A stretch of 63,944 bases of DNA, counting the filler, from Vicugna vicugna (Eukaryota), in NCBI GenBank assembly GCA_013265495.1. It is 75 parts of 75 records of this genome, joined end to end, with 100 filler letters (N's around TTAATTAATTAA, not from the genome) between each part and the next. Parts side by side here need not be neighbours in the genome. Positions count along the whole stretch, not along the records: positions 61,634 to 62,192 come from PNXW01028361.1; positions 62,293 to 63,103 come from PNXW01028362.1; positions 63,204 to 63,675 come from PNXW01028363.1; positions 63,776 to 63,944 come from MU063260.1; 71 more parts are not named here. One strand, given 5' to 3'. The notes beneath the pieces are model-generated. The model saw only the letters and a list, made by a program, of their open reading frames with translations, was not told the DNA's origin and did no database searches. The translations under genes and the position numbers were made by a program. Below are positions 61,634 through 63,944 of the stretch, in pieces. The stretch's first letter is position 1, and each line of letters starts with the position of its first letter.

Positions 61634-62192
61634 CTGCCCTGGCCTGGGCCTGCACCTTCTTCTGTCTGCACACTCCTGTGCCTGCACAGTCCTGGCCTGT
61701 ACACTTCTGGGACTCTACACTCCTGGGACTGCACCCTACTGGGCCTGTACACTCCTCTGTCTGCACACTGCTGGGCCGGCCCTCACCTGGACATACACAC
61801 ACTTGGGCCTGCACAGTCCTGGGCCTGCACACTCCTGGGCCTGTTCTGTCTTGTGTCTGCACACATCTGGGCCTGCACACTCCAGGGCCTGCACACACCT
61901 GGGCCAGCACGAATCTGGGCCTGTAAACAGCACACTCGAGTGCCTGATCCACCCCGTGTCTGCACACCCCTGAGACTGCACAGCCCTGGGTCTGCACACT
62001 CCATGGCCTGCACACTCAGAGGCCTGTTCCGTCTTGTGTCTGCATACCTCTGGGACTGCACACTCCAGGGCCTGCACACAACTGGGTCAGCACGAACCTG
62101 GGCCGGTACATCCCTGGGCCTGCCTTGGCCAGGGCCTGCACCCTACCGGGCCTGCACACTCCTCTGTCTGCACACTCCTGGGCCTGCACTCT
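61634..62192. repeat. 16-bp GC-rich minisatellite (CCTGGGCCTGCACACT-like)
   Basis: tgcac at 61858/61874/61890 and 62137/62153/62169/62185. Confidence 0.9.
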
Positions 62193-62292
62193 NNNNNNNN
62201 NNNNNNNNNNNNNNNNNNNNNNNNNNNNNNNNNNNNTTAATTAATTAANNNNNNNNNNNNNNNNNNNNNNNNNNNNNNNNNNNNNNNNNNNN

Positions 62293-63103
62293 AAAACTTC
62301 ACAACATTGTATTTGGCAGTGATTTCTTAGATCTGACATCAAAAGCACAAGCAACAAAAAAAAGTAAACAAATTGGACTTCGTAAGAATTTTTAAATTTT
62401 GTGCATCAAAATACAATATCCACAGAGTAAAAAGGCAATAAATCATATATCTGAATGGTATGCAGAATATATAGAAAACTCCTAAAACTCAATAACAAAA
62501 ACAAACAAACAAACAAACAAACAAACAACTTAAAAATGGGCAAAGCACTTAAACAGACATTTCTCTAAAGAAGATACACAAATGGCCAATAAGCACATGA
62601 GAAGATGCTCAACATCACTAATCGTTAGGGAAATGCAAATCAAATCTATAGTGAGTTACCACCTCACAGCCATTAGGATGGCTGCTATCAACAAAACAGA
62701 AAACAAGCATTGGCAAGGCTGTGGGGAGATTGGAACCCTTGTGCACTGTTGCTGGGAGTGTAAAGTGGAACAGTGGCTGTGGACAACAGTGTGGCAGTTC
62801 TGTAATAAATTAAAAATCGAACTATTATAATGATCCAGCAATTCCACTTCTGGGTATACATCCAAAAGAAATGAAAGCAGGATCTTGAAGAGAGATTTGC
62901 ACACCCATGGTCACAGCAGCATTATTCATAATAGCTAAAACAAGGAAGTAACCCATATGTCCACCAAAGGATGAATAAATAAGCAAAATGTGATAAACAC
63001 ACACACATATACACGATGGAACATTATTCAGCCTTAAAAAGGAAGAAATTTCTGAAGTATGCTACAACATACATGAACTTTGAGGACATTATGCTAAATA
63101 AAA
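62293..63103 (+). mobile_element. LINE-1 (L1MA/MB-like) ORF2 3' end
   Basis: [21 protein letters not shown]...[15 protein letters not shown]. Confidence 0.92.
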
Positions 63104-63203
63104 NNNNNNNNNNNNNNNNNNNNNNNNNNNNNNNNNNNNNNNNNNNNTTAATTAATTAANNNNNNNNNNNNNNNNNNNNNNNNNNNNNNNNNNNNNNNNN
63201 NNN

Positions 63204-63675
63204 CCTAAATATATAAAACAAATACAAATGGAACTAAAAGGAGAAATAGACAGCAACACAATAATAGTAGAGGACTTTAATACTCCTCCATCAACAATGG
63301 GTAAACAGAAAATCAATATGGAAGTAACAGATTTCAACAACACTATACACCAAATGCACCTAACAGAAAAATGTAGGACACTCTACCCTGTAGCAGCAGA
63401 TTATACATTCTTTACTAGTGTACATGGAACATTCTCCAGGATAAATCAGCCATAAAACAAGTTGCAACAAATTTGAGGAGATGGAAAAGTTACTTAATAT
63501 AATTTCTAACTATAATAGCATGAAAATAGACATAGGAGGAAAACTGAAACATTTAAAACTGAAACGAAACATGTGAAAATTAAACAAAACATTCCTGAAC
63601 AACAAATGCACAGGAGGAATTTTAAATATATATAAAGATATCTTGAGACAAAAATAGAAACACAACATACCAAAC
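63204..63675 (+). mobile_element. LINE-1 ORF2 endonuclease fragment
   Basis: ELKGEIDSNTIIVEDFNTP...YTFFTSVHGTFSRI. Confidence 0.92.
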
Positions 63676-63775
63676 NNNNNNNNNNNNNNNNNNNNNNNNN
63701 NNNNNNNNNNNNNNNNNNNTTAATTAATTAANNNNNNNNNNNNNNNNNNNNNNNNNNNNNNNNNNNNNNNNNNNN

Positions 63776-63944
63776 ATGCCATTTGCAGCAACATGGATGG
63801 ACCTGAGATTGTCATTCTAAATGAAGTCAGCCAGAAAGAGAAAGGAAAATATCATCACTTATATGATGTCACTCATATGTGAAATCTATGAAAGAAAGAG
63901 AGAGGGAAAGAAAAGAAAGAGAGAGAGAGAGAGAAAGAAAGAAA
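63776..63944 (+). mobile_element. LINE-1 3' UTR fragment followed by a GA-rich tract
   Basis: atgccatttgcagcaacatggatggacct...gccagaaagagaaag. Confidence 0.85.

Noticed and set aside
731..63731. CRISPR-like or regulatory array of TTAATTAATTAA
   Set aside because: Always embedded in fixed N runs, the intervening segments are unrelated mammalian scaffolds, and there are no cas genes. It is an assembly linker.

Overview
This window is not a continuous locus. It is a concatenation of about 75 short (roughly 0.2-1.4 kb) unplaced mammalian scaffolds joined by an artificial 100-bp linker (44 N + TTAATTAATTAA + 44 N, giving stops in all six frames), and many scaffolds also have internal N gaps. tRNA-Ala-like SINEs of the camelid vic-1 type point to a camelid genome (alpaca/llama/camel). 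About 32 scaffolds are tandem repeats: a GC/CpG-rich 267-bp satellite with two subfamilies, a degenerate CpG-depleted ~267-bp sister family, an AT-rich ~247-bp satellite arranged as an A-B-C trimer (~740 bp), a 249-bp satellite that appears distantly homologous to the 247-bp one, a heptamer-derived (TATAGAA-like) satellite, a CpG-rich nonamer array and a 16-bp minisatellite. Most of the rest is LINE-1 fragments, one gammaretrovirus-like ERV integrase pseudogene, a Tigger2-type element, L2/MIR remnants and unidentified unique sequence with a few candidate exons. I find no intact recognisable gene, no CRISPR array and no supportable new enzymatic system. The most interesting content is satellite organisation and ancestry, plus one L1 insertion that was duplicated together with its flank. 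All alignments were done by eye.
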